From: an uncultured Planctomycetia bacterium
GTDB lineage: Bacteria; Omnitrophota; Gorgyraeia; Tantalellales; Tantalellaceae
DNA: 64,000 bases
Direction: 5' to 3'
Assembly (NCBI GenBank): GCA_964409365.1
Contig: CAYPCX010000007.1
Coordinates: forward strand, 18,655 to 82,654
A program made the translations under genes and the position numbers. Positions 20,297-30,481 of the stretch are shown here, one piece after another. Below the pieces are notes generated by a model, which saw only the letters and a program-made list of their open reading frames with translations, had not been told where the DNA came from and ran no database searches. Position 1 is the first letter of the stretch. Each line of letters begins with the position of its first letter.

Positions 20297-21035
20297 GACC
20301 GCGCTTGTCGTGGACGCGGCGCCCGGTGTATACGAGAAGGTGTTAAGCCTGCTTGAAGGCGAGACTCCCGGCAGGGCGCTTGACGCCCCGGCGGGTGAAG
20401 GGGCGTTCAGCCTGGAACTGGCCGAACGAGGGTACGAGGTCAAAGCCGCGGACTTGAACCGGGAAAAGTTCAAAGCGGAAGGCATCGCCTGTGACCTGGT
20501 CGACCTGAACAAGACCCTTCCTTATGAAGACGCCTTTTTTGACGCGGTAATATGCATAGAAGGGATAGAGCACCTTGAGAACCCGCACCATCTGGTAAGG
20601 GAGTTCAGGAGGGTCCTTAAAAGCGGAGGCACGTTGATGCTGACGACGCCTAACATATTGAACGTATACTCCAGGTTGAGGTTCCTGCTGTTCGGCTCCG
20701 CCGACAGGCTTCACAGCGAGATGGACTCGTTCAAAGGCAACCTGTACCAGCTCTTGAGGAGGCACATAAACCCGGTGGGGTATCCCGAACTGAAATATAT
20801 CCTCGAGCAGAACGGGTTCGGGGTAGAGAAAATAGCGACCAACGCGAGCGTGGTCTCATACAGGGGAGGCAGGTTCGTCCTGAGGTTGTTCCTGCCCGCG
20901 GTATTCCTGATGCTGGGCGGCCTGGTCAGGCTGGTGGCCGGCAGTTTCAGGAAGAAAGATTCTTTATCGGGGGTATTGTATTCTCCTGAACTGCTTTACG
21001 GGGAAACGTTGATCCTGAAAACGAGGAAAAGGTGA
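20286..21035 (+). CDS. Class I SAM-dependent methyltransferase
   Basis: LDAPAGEG, DLN..LPY, IEGIEHLENP, RVLKSGG...TTPN. Confidence 0.88.
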   Translation: MVDKTALVVDAAPGVYEKVLSLLEGETPGRALDAPAGEGAFSLELAERGYEVKAADLNREKFKAEGIACDLVDLNKTLPYEDAFFDAVICIEGIEHLENPHHLVREFRRVLKSGGTLMLTTPNILNVYSRLRFLLFGSADRLHSEMDSFKGNLYQLLRRHINPVGYPELKYILEQNGFGVEKIATNASVVSYRGGRFVLRLFLPAVFLMLGGLVRLVAGSFRKKDSLSGVLYSPELLYGETLILKTRKR

Positions 21036-21042
21036 TCAAAAG

Positions 21043-21819
21043 ATGAGTACGTTACCGAAGATATCGGTGATCATTGTCGCTAGAAATGAAGAAAAGAACA
21101 TGAAGGAATGTCTTGAGAGCGTGAAATGGGCCGACGAGATCGTCGTCGTCGACGACATGAGCACGGACAGGACTCTCGAGATATGCGAAGGATACCCGAA
21201 CGTAAAGGTCTTTCGCAGGGAGATGGAAGGGCTGGGCCCGCAGAAAAATTTCGCCCTGAGCAAGGCGAGCGGGGAGTGGATACTGTCTCTGGACGCGGAT
21301 GAAAGGGTCACCCCGGAGTTGAGAGAGGAGATACTGCGGAAAGTGCCCGGAAGCGGGAACGACGGGTATTCCCTGAAGCTGAAGCACCTGATCTTCGGCG
21401 CGTGGGTGTTGGACTATACCCCTAAGGCGGTGCGGCTCTTCAGAAAGGGCAAAGGCAGGTTTTCCGGGAAAAAGGTGCATGAATCGGTGGTCCTTGACGG
21501 GAAGGCCGGTGTCCTGGAAGGCCTGATGATACACAGGTCTTCCCACCAGGAGAACATCGCGAATTATATCGAGGTTTACGTTAACAGGTATTCTTCCTAT
21601 ACGGCGGAAGACCTGTACGAGATGGGCAGGAGAGTTACCTTAGGGAACGGCCTCTTCTGTTTTGTGTTGAAACCGTTCTTTATCTTTATCCAGAAGTACT
21701 TTTTCAAGAGAGGTTTTCGCGACGGTTTGCGGGGATTCCTTCTGAGCGTTTTCGCCTCTTTTACTTATTTCGCAAGTTATGCCAAGCTCTGGGAGAAGCA
21801 AAAAAGTGAAAAGCATTGA
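21043..21819 (+). CDS. Glycosyltransferase family 2
   Basis: ARNEE, DDMSTDRT, QKNFA, LDADE, VHE, GFRDG. Confidence 0.92.
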   Translation: MSTLPKISVIIVARNEEKNMKECLESVKWADEIVVVDDMSTDRTLEICEGYPNVKVFRREMEGLGPQKNFALSKASGEWILSLDADERVTPELREEILRKVPGSGNDGYSLKLKHLIFGAWVLDYTPKAVRLFRKGKGRFSGKKVHESVVLDGKAGVLEGLMIHRSSHQENIANYIEVYVNRYSSYTAEDLYEMGRRVTLGNGLFCFVLKPFFIFIQKYFFKRGFRDGLRGFLLSVFASFTYFASYAKLWEKQKSEKH

Positions 21820-23272
21820 TACGAGGATAAAAATATTCCTGACCGCATGGCTCGTGTACCTGCTTTTCATATACGTGAAGCCCGAATCCATGTCCGCGCA
21901 GCTTTTGGACCTCGCCATGTCCATCGTCGATACGGGGAGCGTATACATGCGTTACGCGACGGATTTTGAGGTTTCGCTCGTCGACGGCCGTTATGTTTCC
22001 GGACAGTTCCCGGGCGCGAGCATAGCGGTGGTACCCTTATATTTCGTTATCAAACCGTTCATGGGAGACGTCGCGGGGGCATCGCGGCTGGTCGTCCTGA
22101 ACGTTTTGTCGACTATCTCTCTGGCCTCCGTCGCGGGGGCGTTAGTGGTGGTCGTGTTCTATTCATTCCTGCGCCGACTCGACGTCAGGGAAAGGGACAG
22201 GCTTACCCTTACGTTCTTCCTTGCTTTCGGGACGATGGTCTTCAATTATTCAACTTCTTTTTATAAGTCCACGTTGGCGCTCTTGTACGTTTTCGCGGCA
22301 TTTTTCCTTCTTTTTCGCGTGCGGCTCGGGGAAAGAGCGGGAAGAGGCGTGTTTTTCTGGACAGGTTTCCTGCTGACGGCGGCCGTGGCGACCAACCCGG
22401 CGTCGTGTTATATCAGCGCGGTTATTTTCGCGTACGGTATCTACGTGGGTGGGATAAAGAAGGTCCCGGCGTTTCTGGCGGGCGCCGTGATCCCCTTGGG
22501 GGCGTTCATGCTGTACCGGTGGACCGTATTCGGATCCTTCTTCACGAGCACGTATTCGCACCGGGCAGGAGATTATCCGAACATGATGACCTATCCGCGG
22601 TGGCAGAACTTTATTCACCTGTTTTTCAGCCTGAGAGAGGGATTTTTTATCTATATGCCGGTGATGATCCTTTCTTTATGGGGCATCGCGGAGGCGTCCG
22701 GGAAAAAGCGATTTATGCCGGAAGTCACGGTTATAGTTTTGATCTTTCTTCTTACGGGTCTTGTGTTTTCGGGATATGTAAGAAAATACGATCCTTTGAT
22801 GGTCGCCAACCCCCACGACCAGAGTATAGTTATCCGCTATATGCTTTCGCTGTGCCCGTTCATGATGATACCTCTGGCGTTCGTAGTAAGCAGGGTGAAC
22901 AGGTATGTGCTGTATTTTCTGGGGGGACTGGGTGTATTCTTTTCATACCTGGGCGCACAGGCCGGTGTTATACCTTATGCCGGGGGGTGGCAGCCTGTTT
23001 ACGCGGTCAAGGTCTTTATAAGCGGTTTCGGCATGCCGACGCTGTTCTCGGACGTTCTGCCCGGGATATCAGGGGTCGAGACATTACATACGTATCTGGC
23101 CCGGCCCGATGTGCACTTGAAAGAGATCCTTTCCGAAGGTAACCGGCAGCTCTTGATGGGGCTGGTAGGGCGCCAGATGGTATTTTTCGTTTTTTTTGTT
23201 GTCGCGGCATTCTGCCTGGCCGTGATCATCAGGGGGCTTTGGAAGAGTGTTCCGGGGGATCAGAAAGTATGA
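21806..23272 (+). CDS. Polytopic membrane protein, probable GT-C fold transferase
   Basis: About 12 hydrophobic segments; PG.S, F.TM...YS, GFF.Y.P, RY. GTG 21806 follows GGGAG. Confidence 0.65.
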   Translation: MKSIDTRIKIFLTAWLVYLLFIYVKPESMSAQLLDLAMSIVDTGSVYMRYATDFEVSLVDGRYVSGQFPGASIAVVPLYFVIKPFMGDVAGASRLVVLNVLSTISLASVAGALVVVVFYSFLRRLDVRERDRLTLTFFLAFGTMVFNYSTSFYKSTLALLYVFAAFFLLFRVRLGERAGRGVFFWTGFLLTAAVATNPASCYISAVIFAYGIYVGGIKKVPAFLAGAVIPLGAFMLYRWTVFGSFFTSTYSHRAGDYPNMMTYPRWQNFIHLFFSLREGFFIYMPVMILSLWGIAEASGKKRFMPEVTVIVLIFLLTGLVFSGYVRKYDPLMVANPHDQSIVIRYMLSLCPFMMIPLAFVVSRVNRYVLYFLGGLGVFFSYLGAQAGVIPYAGGWQPVYAVKVFISGFGMPTLFSDVLPGISGVETLHTYLARPDVHLKEILSEGNRQLLMGLVGRQMVFFVFFVVAAFCLAVIIRGLWKSVPGDQKV

Positions 23273-24747
23273 TCGCGCACACGGTAAAGTTCATACAGGA
23301 AAAGAGATGGCAGCTGTTCTTTTTGCTGGCGCTTTGCGTCCTGGTGTACTGGAAAGGGCTTCATTATTATTTTGTTGACGATGACTGGGGGTGGCTCAAG
23401 TTCTCGTCGATCACGGACAACTGTTTTAAATATTTCAACCCGTTCTACAAGCCCCTCTTGGCGCGGACTAAATTCTTCAGGCCCGTGCCGTTGATGTTCG
23501 TCTGCGGCATTTATCACGCGTACAAGATGAACCCGTTCCCGTACCACCTCTTTATGCTGGTCTTCCACCTGTTCAATGTCGCCCTATTGTATAATTTCGT
23601 CCACATGATATCAAAGCATAAGACGTACGCTTTTGTAGCCAGCCTTATATTCGCGTTCCATTTCGAGAATTTCATGGGAGTGTTATGGCTGGGGAATGTA
23701 CATTCGATGCTGAACGTCTTTTTCATATTTTTGGCGCTTACAGCGTGGTACCGGTTCCTGGGATCCGGGAATAAACTGTTCTACGGGGGCGCCCTGGCAT
23801 CGTTCACGCTGGCTATATTTTCCAAGGAACTGTCCATTTATTTTCTCAGCGTGATCATGTTCTCCGTGGACCTGATATTTGCCCGGAAGATACGGCCGGG
23901 GACGTTCCGCGAGCTCCTCTCTTGGAGGTTCTGGAGGAAATACGCCCCCTTCGGCCTGGCTATAGTTTTCTATCTGGTGAATTACGCGATCTACAGGTAC
24001 CCCTTTACGTATTCATACGGGTACGGGTTCCATTTTAACGGGATAGACCAGGTGGCCATAATATTGAGGATGCTCCAGCTGATGCTGATAGGCACGTATT
24101 CCCCGACACTGCTGAAAGCCTTTATTGGCGCGGCTTTTGCGGTATTCCTCGTATTCGCGCTGTTCATGGACCGTGATCTTAATAGGACAAAGGACCGGCT
24201 TATCTGGCTCGGCGGTATATGGCTGATAGCCCCAACGCTTTTGATATCTGTTTATTCCAAAGAGAGGCTGCATTACTGTTATCTCATGTCGATAGGGCTG
24301 GGTCTTGTCGCCTCGGGCCTTGTGTCGCAGGTCTTCCTGAAAAAAAAGGGTCTCTTGCGGGTGTTAGCGGCTGTCCTGCTGGGCGTTCTGGTGTTATATT
24401 GGGCGATTGACATGAACCACAGTGCCGCGCAACGGATCAGCGGCGAATGGTACAGGAGCCTGATAGCACAAGTGCACTCTTATCTTCCCGATGTGTCCGA
24501 AGACGAAAAGATGATGTTCGTGCCGGAAAAAAGAGGAGCCCGGTTCACTTACGCCAGGCTGACAGGTGTTGTATACCCGCTTGAGGTCAGTTACGGGAAG
24601 GAACTGGATATCGAGATCTGTTTCAGGGAAGAACTGGACAAGGATCCCGGAAGGATGGAAGGGTTCACCGTCTTTAAAGTCGACAGCGACATAAAGAGAG
24701 AATATATCAAGATAGAGCCGTATCGAAGGATAAAGGATAAAGGATAA
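23269..24747 (+). CDS. Polytopic membrane protein, probable GT-C glycosyltransferase
   Basis: Single N-terminal TM, then FVDDDW acidic loop, FRP, YH..L.FH..N, FAFH, SKE: a pattern typical of lipid-linked-sugar transferases. Confidence 0.72.
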   Translation: MIAHTVKFIQEKRWQLFFLLALCVLVYWKGLHYYFVDDDWGWLKFSSITDNCFKYFNPFYKPLLARTKFFRPVPLMFVCGIYHAYKMNPFPYHLFMLVFHLFNVALLYNFVHMISKHKTYAFVASLIFAFHFENFMGVLWLGNVHSMLNVFFIFLALTAWYRFLGSGNKLFYGGALASFTLAIFSKELSIYFLSVIMFSVDLIFARKIRPGTFRELLSWRFWRKYAPFGLAIVFYLVNYAIYRYPFTYSYGYGFHFNGIDQVAIILRMLQLMLIGTYSPTLLKAFIGAAFAVFLVFALFMDRDLNRTKDRLIWLGGIWLIAPTLLISVYSKERLHYCYLMSIGLGLVASGLVSQVFLKKKGLLRVLAAVLLGVLVLYWAIDMNHSAAQRISGEWYRSLIAQVHSYLPDVSEDEKMMFVPEKRGARFTYARLTGVVYPLEVSYGKELDIEICFREELDKDPGRMEGFTVFKVDSDIKREYIKIEPYRRIKDKG

Positions 24748-24753
24748 AGGTTA
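24726..24753. repeat. (AAGGATA)3 AAGGTTA heptamer array spanning a gene junction
   Basis: Overlaps the last codons and stop of 23269..24747 and abuts ATG 24753. Confidence 0.8.
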
Positions 24754-25448
24754 TGGGGGCGGAGCCGGAAAAAATAAGCATAGTCATACCCGTTTTCAAC
24801 GAAGGCGTTCATATCGAAAAGTTCCTGGGGGACCTTTTCCGGTCGTTCGCGGAAAAAGAAAGACCTGAGGTCATCGTCGTGGACGACGGGTCCACCGACG
24901 ATACTCCGGAGCGCCTTGAAAAGTACGGCATGGAAACGATCCGTCATGAAAGAAGAAGCGGTTACGGCGCTTCCCTGAAAAGCGGCATTCGCCGCGCCAC
25001 AGGTGAATATATATGCATAATCGACGCCGACAACACCTATTCGGCAGACGACATATTGCCGATCTCTTCCGAAGTGGCCGGTTATGATATGGTCGTGGGC
25101 GACAGGCAAGACGATGACGAGAGGCCGAAAGACCACCTCCTCGCGAAAAAGTCGGTGGAGAAGATACTTTCGAACATCTCCGGGGTCCGGGTCGAGGACC
25201 TGAATTCGGGCCTGAGGATAATGCGAAAAGATATACTGGTGAAATATCTCGACTCTCTGCCGAATGGTTTTTCGTTCACTTCGTCACTGACGCTCATAAT
25301 GCTCCTGAAGAAGTACAGGATAAAATATATTCCCATCCGGTACGAAAGGCGTGAAAAGGGTACGAAGGTCAGGAGGGTAATGTTCGTGGCGGCTTTTGTG
25401 TCGGGATATTTAAAGATACTCTGCCGTTATTTTACCGGCAGGCTTTAA
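24753..25448 (+). CDS. Glycosyltransferase family 2 (DPM1/GtrB-like)
   Basis: IPVFNE, VDDGSTD, GYGASLKSG, DAD..Y, DLNSGLR. Confidence 0.9.
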   Translation: MGAEPEKISIVIPVFNEGVHIEKFLGDLFRSFAEKERPEVIVVDDGSTDDTPERLEKYGMETIRHERRSGYGASLKSGIRRATGEYICIIDADNTYSADDILPISSEVAGYDMVVGDRQDDDERPKDHLLAKKSVEKILSNISGVRVEDLNSGLRIMRKDILVKYLDSLPNGFSFTSSLTLIMLLKKYRIKYIPIRYERREKGTKVRRVMFVAAFVSGYLKILCRYFTGRL

Positions 25449-25465
25449 GAGAGGAGAAACAGGAT

Positions 25466-25759
25466 ATGATCTTTTTTTACGGCATCCAGATCAATATATG
25501 GCTGGTCATCGGCTTTTTAGGGCAGAGCTGCTTCTTCCTGAGATTCCTTATCCAGTGGATAGTCTCGGAGAAAAGAAAAAAGTCGACCATACCCGTTGTT
25601 TTCTGGTATCTTAGTTTTGCGGGCGCGTTCTCCGTGCTCGTTTACGCGATATACCGGAAAGACCCGGTGTTTATAGTAGGGCAGAGCATGGGGTTGATGG
25701 TCTACAGCAGGAACCTGTGGTTCATATATTCCAGGAAAAGAGCGGCGGTAGGGGGATAA
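25466..25759 (+). CDS. Stand-alone lipid-A-disaccharide synthase N-terminal (LAB_N) domain membrane protein
   Basis: IGFLGQ..F..RF.IQW..SE....S.IP..FW..S..G...YAI...DPVFI.GQ......Y.RNL. Confidence 0.88.
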   Translation: MIFFYGIQINIWLVIGFLGQSCFFLRFLIQWIVSEKRKKSTIPVVFWYLSFAGAFSVLVYAIYRKDPVFIVGQSMGLMVYSRNLWFIYSRKRAAVGG

Positions 25760-25771
25760 CGGGGGAGACCG

Positions 25772-26905
25772 ATGAGGGTTTTGTATATTGCGAACAGGGC
25801 GGAGATCTTAAGCGGCGGGCAGATCAGCCTGCTCGAGTTCCTGGCGGGGATCGACAAAAGCAGGTTCGATCCGGTCGTCCTGTGCCCGGGAAAGGGGAGT
25901 CTCGCCGAGGGTTTAAGCGCTCTCGGTATCCCCGTGCGTTCTTGGGACATGCCCACCGTGAAGACGTTCAACATGAGCAGGATCCCGAAAAAGATCAGGG
26001 AACTGAGATCCATAATAAAGGAGACAGAGGCTTCGATAGTACATACCAACGGCAGCAGGGCCCAGTTCTATTCGTCGTTCGCGGTAAGGGGCACCGGTTG
26101 CGGCCTGGTGTGGAACGTGAGGGAATCGCTCCGGGATATCCCTTATTATGACCGGTTGTTGGCCGGCCCTTGCGACAGGATTATATGCGTTTCCAGGGCC
26201 GTAAGGGACAGGCGTTTCGGACGGTTCGCCTCGTCGGACCCGAAAATACAGGTGATATATAACGGGGTGGATACGCGCAAATTCGCCAAAGACCCCGAAG
26301 CGGGCCGGCGCGTGCGGGACGAATTAGGGATCGGTAAAGATAAAGTGCTTTTAGGTACTATCGGGATGATAATACCCCGCAAAGGACATGAATTTCTTTT
26401 CAGGTCGTTGAAGCAGGCCCTGAAAACAAATCCGGACCTGGTCCTCCTGGTCGCGGGGAAAACGCTGGAAGGGCCTTATACCTGCCGGTTCAAAGAGATG
26501 ATATACGAGCTGAAGCTGGAGAACAACGTGATGTTCACCGACTCGCGCGAGGATATAAAGGATATCCTGTCGGCCCTTGATGTTTTCATATTGTCATCCA
26601 AAAGCGAAGGGTTCAGCAGGGTGCTGCTGGAAGCCATGGCCTGTTCGCTGCCTATAATCGCCACGGATGTCGAAGGGAATAACGAGGCGATCGAGGACGG
26701 GGTATCCGGCCGGCTTGTGCCGTATGGCGACATAGACAGCATGGTCCTGGCGATAGAGGGTTTTATGGTGAACCGTCAGAACGCCGAAAACCTGGGGAAG
26801 AACGCCAAAAAAAGGGCGGGGGAATTTTTCAGTATCGACAGCCACGTATCCCAGGTGCAGGACCTGTACGGGGAAATAGTAAAAAGCAGAAAGCCGGGAG
26901 TTTGA
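25772..26905 (+). CDS. Glycosyltransferase family 4
   Basis: GGQ, IYNGVD, KG, SEGFSRVLLEAMA. Confidence 0.92.
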   Translation: MRVLYIANRAEILSGGQISLLEFLAGIDKSRFDPVVLCPGKGSLAEGLSALGIPVRSWDMPTVKTFNMSRIPKKIRELRSIIKETEASIVHTNGSRAQFYSSFAVRGTGCGLVWNVRESLRDIPYYDRLLAGPCDRIICVSRAVRDRRFGRFASSDPKIQVIYNGVDTRKFAKDPEAGRRVRDELGIGKDKVLLGTIGMIIPRKGHEFLFRSLKQALKTNPDLVLLVAGKTLEGPYTCRFKEMIYELKLENNVMFTDSREDIKDILSALDVFILSSKSEGFSRVLLEAMACSLPIIATDVEGNNEAIEDGVSGRLVPYGDIDSMVLAIEGFMVNRQNAENLGKNAKKRAGEFFSIDSHVSQVQDLYGEIVKSRKPGV

Positions 26906-29157
26906 TGAAGATCGGCATTGACGTCAGAGAGTTCAAGAAGGATACGTATACCGGGATAAGGAGTATACTCGGCAACGTTATGGGCCGTTCGGCGAAGATG
27001 GGAGGCAACGAATTCGTTTACTTCTGCGACCGGGACACCGATCTTCCGGCCCTTCCCGAAGAAGGTAAGAAGGTGGTCATCGCAGGGGATAATACCTTTT
27101 TCTGGGATCAGTCGCGCCTTCCGCTGGCGCTTTCAAGGGAAAAAGTGGACCTGTTCTTCTCGCCTTACATCAAGACGCCCCTGTGGAGGGTGTGCCCGTA
27201 CGTGAGCACTATATGCGACGTTATCCCGCTCGAGGTCCCCAAGCGCAAAGGGTTGGGCGCACTTTTGGAAAAAGCTTACTTTTACGCGTATTCTTTCCTG
27301 TGCGGCCGGCGGGCGGTAAAGGTGATAACGCTTTCGGAGAACTCCCGGGAAAGGATATCGGATACATTCGGTATAGGAAAAGAGAAGATAGAGGTCGTCT
27401 ACCCCTCGGTAGAGGCGCGCGCCGGACAGGCGGAGCCGGATGACAAGGCGAAGGAGCTTATCGACAGGTATAGTTTGGAGAGGCCTTTCTTACTGTATGT
27501 AGGTAATTTTAAACCGCATAAGAACCTGCGTAATCTTATTGCCGCTTACGATCTTTTGCCGGGAGGAGTGCAAGACCGGTACCGCCTCATGCTTGTGGGA
27601 GGTTCCGAAAAGGAGATGGAGGGGATAGAAGCGGTTATAAAAGAACACGGACTTTCGGGAAAGGTTACGCCCGTTGTCAACATCGGCCATGACGATGTCC
27701 GGGTATTTTACAGGCACGCTTCGGCCTTTGTCTTTCCTTCTCTGGCGGAGGGGTTCGGTATTCCCCCGGTAGAGGCGATGGCTTACGGGGTGCCGGTGGC
27801 GTCTTCGCGCCTGGCGCCCATGACCGAAGTGCTGGGTGAGGCGGCGCTTTTTTTTGATCCGCGTGACCCCGGGGACATCTCCGCCAAAGTGTCCAGGCTG
27901 CTCACGGAAGAGGGCTTGCGGAAAGAATACGCCGCACGGGGACGGGAGCGCGCTTTGTTGTTCGATCCCGACAGGATCTCGCGAAAGATGATGGATGTCC
28001 TGGAAAACGCCGGCCTGGAGAAGACCCTTTGCGTGAGCAGCGAATTCCCGCCGGTCAGGGGAGGTATAAGCACGTTTTTGTTCAATCTTTGGAACAGGCT
28101 GCCGAAAAGGGATATTGTCATCTTGACCGCGCGCCCGGCCGGGGAAGATATTTATCCGGATGAGGGAATGGATATCGTTAGGGAGGCGTATCCCCTGGGG
28201 AAGGGTATCTTCTCAAGGGCTGTACGGTCGATACTGCTGGTGTGGCATGTTTTGCGCCAGTGCCGGGCAAGGAATATCCGGCGCGTTCATTGCGCGCAAG
28301 TCCTTTCTGCGGGATCGGCGGGACTCCTCCTGAAATGGCTCAAAGGCACGCCGTACGTGGTTTACGCGTATTCGGCGGACATCCTCGAGTTCAGCAGAGG
28401 TTTTTTTACGGATTGGATGATGAGAAAGATATTTGCCGGCAGCGAGCGTGTCATAGCGAGCAGTATTTTTGCGAAGTCGCTTATTGTCGGGCATAAACTG
28501 GCCGGTGAAGACAAGATAAGCGTTATCGCCCCGGGGGTGGATACCGCAGAATACGATCCCGGCAAGGGGGCCGGCCGGATCAGGGAGACATACGGTATAC
28601 CGGCTGAAAGCAAAATGCTTCTTACGGTAGCGCGTCTGGCGGTCCGCAAAGGCCATGATAAGGTCATAGAAGCTTTGCCGGCCGTGGTAGAAGCTTATCC
28701 GGATGTCGTTTACGTCATAGTCGGGGAAGGCGGGACCGGGCCCGGACTTGCTGAGCGGGTAAGGGAAAAGGGGCTCGAGAAGAACGTGATATTTACCGGT
28801 GAAGTATCCGCGGAGCAGCTGGTATTCTTCTATAACGCGTGTGACATATTTATCCTTACCCCGCGCTATATAAAGGAAGAGGGTGACGTCGAGGGATTTG
28901 GTATAGTGTTCATAGAAGCGGGGGCGTGCGGCAAACCCGTAATAGCCGGCAGGAGCGGTGGAGTGTCTGAAGCGGTTGTTGACGGGGTGACCGGTATCCT
29001 CGTGGACCCGGAAAATACGGATCGGATCAGGGATGCCATGCTGACCTTGCTCGGGGACGCAAGTTTAGCTCGAAAAATGGGCACGAACGGGCTTACCAGG
29101 GCCCGGGAAGAATTCGGATGGAAGAACCGGGCGCGGGAACTGGAAAAATACATATAA
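26905..29157 (+). CDS. Tandem double GT4 glycosyltransferase
   Basis: Two complete GT-B modules: MKIGID...EGFGIPPVEAMA and EFPP..GGI...EGFGIVFIEA. Confidence 0.9.
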   Translation: MKIGIDVREFKKDTYTGIRSILGNVMGRSAKMGGNEFVYFCDRDTDLPALPEEGKKVVIAGDNTFFWDQSRLPLALSREKVDLFFSPYIKTPLWRVCPYVSTICDVIPLEVPKRKGLGALLEKAYFYAYSFLCGRRAVKVITLSENSRERISDTFGIGKEKIEVVYPSVEARAGQAEPDDKAKELIDRYSLERPFLLYVGNFKPHKNLRNLIAAYDLLPGGVQDRYRLMLVGGSEKEMEGIEAVIKEHGLSGKVTPVVNIGHDDVRVFYRHASAFVFPSLAEGFGIPPVEAMAYGVPVASSRLAPMTEVLGEAALFFDPRDPGDISAKVSRLLTEEGLRKEYAARGRERALLFDPDRISRKMMDVLENAGLEKTLCVSSEFPPVRGGISTFLFNLWNRLPKRDIVILTARPAGEDIYPDEGMDIVREAYPLGKGIFSRAVRSILLVWHVLRQCRARNIRRVHCAQVLSAGSAGLLLKWLKGTPYVVYAYSADILEFSRGFFTDWMMRKIFAGSERVIASSIFAKSLIVGHKLAGEDKISVIAPGVDTAEYDPGKGAGRIRETYGIPAESKMLLTVARLAVRKGHDKVIEALPAVVEAYPDVVYVIVGEGGTGPGLAERVREKGLEKNVIFTGEVSAEQLVFFYNACDIFILTPRYIKEEGDVEGFGIVFIEAGACGKPVIAGRSGGVSEAVVDGVTGILVDPENTDRIRDAMLTLLGDASLARKMGTNGLTRAREEFGWKNRARELEKYI

Positions 29158-29163
29158 AGGGCC

Positions 29164-30324
29164 ATGAAGCGGTATAAGATCTTACATGCGATAACGCGTT
29201 TAGATAAGGGCGGTTCCTCCGTGAACACGCTGCTCAGCGCTATCGGCCTCGCGGAAAAGGGATATGAAGTGGATCTTTTATCCGGCCGGACGATGGAACC
29301 GGATAATGATCTTATCGAACGGGCCGGGAGTTCGGGGGTGCGTTTTATTTACGAGGAACGCCTGGTCAGGGATATACATCCCGTAAAGGATATCACCGCG
29401 TTTTTCAGGGTGCTGGGCTTTCTGCGCAGGAACCGGTACGATATCGTGCACGCCCATTCGTCGAAAGCGGGGCTCATCTGCCGGATGGCCGCGAAATGCG
29501 CGGGAGTAAAAAATACAGTGTACACCCCCCATGGCCACGTGTTCTACGGGTATTTCGGCAGGGAACTTTCCCGGATGGTGGTCTTCGCCGAGGCGCTGCT
29601 GGCCCATATAACGGACAGGACGATCGGGCTTACTCCCGCCGAGTGTGACGAGTGGCTCCGTTTCGGGATAGGAAAAAAAGATATGTACGAAGCCATACCC
29701 AGCGGTATAGAGTTCGACCGGCTGGAACTCGAGGCGGAGAAAGGGAAAGACTGGAGGAAGGAGCTCGGGATCCCCCGGGAAGCCCCGTTTATCGGGTCCA
29801 CAGGCAGGTTCGCCGAGGTGAAAGGCTATAAATATTTTATAAGAGCGGCCGCGGAACAGGTAAAAAAACACCCGGATACACATTTTCTGCTGGCAGGCGA
29901 CGGGCCCCTCCGCGGTGAATTCGAAAAGATTATCAAAACCAGCGGGATCGAAAAGAATTTCCACATCATAGATTGGCAGGAGAACGCGGGGTCTGTTATA
30001 AAAGCGTTCGATGTTTTCGTGCTTTCCTCTCTTAACGAAGGGATGGGGAGGGCCCTGATAGAGGCGATGTTCCTCTGTAAGCCCGTTATAGCCACGCGTG
30101 TGGGAGGTGTGCCTTCGGTGGTATCGAAGGATACGGGGGCGCTTGTTGAGCCCGCCTCGTCTCAGGCCCTGGCGGCGGCCATGGACAGGCTGCTTAGTGA
30201 CCGGGGTAAACTGGAGGAGATGGGAAGGAAAGCCAGAGAGAGGGCGCTTGCCGGTTATTCGGCGGGCGAGATGGTGAACAGGCTTGACAAACTGTACAGG
30301 GAACTGTTAGAAAATAATAAGTAA
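29164..30324 (+). CDS. Glycosyltransferase family 4
   Basis: ITRL..GG, HSSKAG, TPHG, NEGMGRALIEAM. Confidence 0.92.
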   Translation: MKRYKILHAITRLDKGGSSVNTLLSAIGLAEKGYEVDLLSGRTMEPDNDLIERAGSSGVRFIYEERLVRDIHPVKDITAFFRVLGFLRRNRYDIVHAHSSKAGLICRMAAKCAGVKNTVYTPHGHVFYGYFGRELSRMVVFAEALLAHITDRTIGLTPAECDEWLRFGIGKKDMYEAIPSGIEFDRLELEAEKGKDWRKELGIPREAPFIGSTGRFAEVKGYKYFIRAAAEQVKKHPDTHFLLAGDGPLRGEFEKIIKTSGIEKNFHIIDWQENAGSVIKAFDVFVLSSLNEGMGRALIEAMFLCKPVIATRVGGVPSVVSKDTGALVEPASSQALAAAMDRLLSDRGKLEEMGRKARERALAGYSAGEMVNRLDKLYRELLENNK

Positions 30325-30469
30325 CAAGGACAAAGGATAAAGGAAAAAGTAACAAGTAAGCAGGGTATAGGTGGATATTCGATGTGCTATATACGATATG
30401 CGAAATACGATATACTGGTTGCAAAACAAAAACCCTTAATTCTTAATACTTGATACTTTTTACTCGAAA
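30319..30469. repeat. Composite heptamer arrays (AAGGATA-, GATATAC- and CTTAATA-type blocks)
   Basis: aagtaac aaggaca aaggata aaggaaa aagtaac; gatattc gatgtgc tatatac gatatgc gaaatac gatatac; cttaatt cttaata cttgata cttttta. Confidence 0.8.
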
Positions 30470-30481
30470 CGGATCGTTTAC

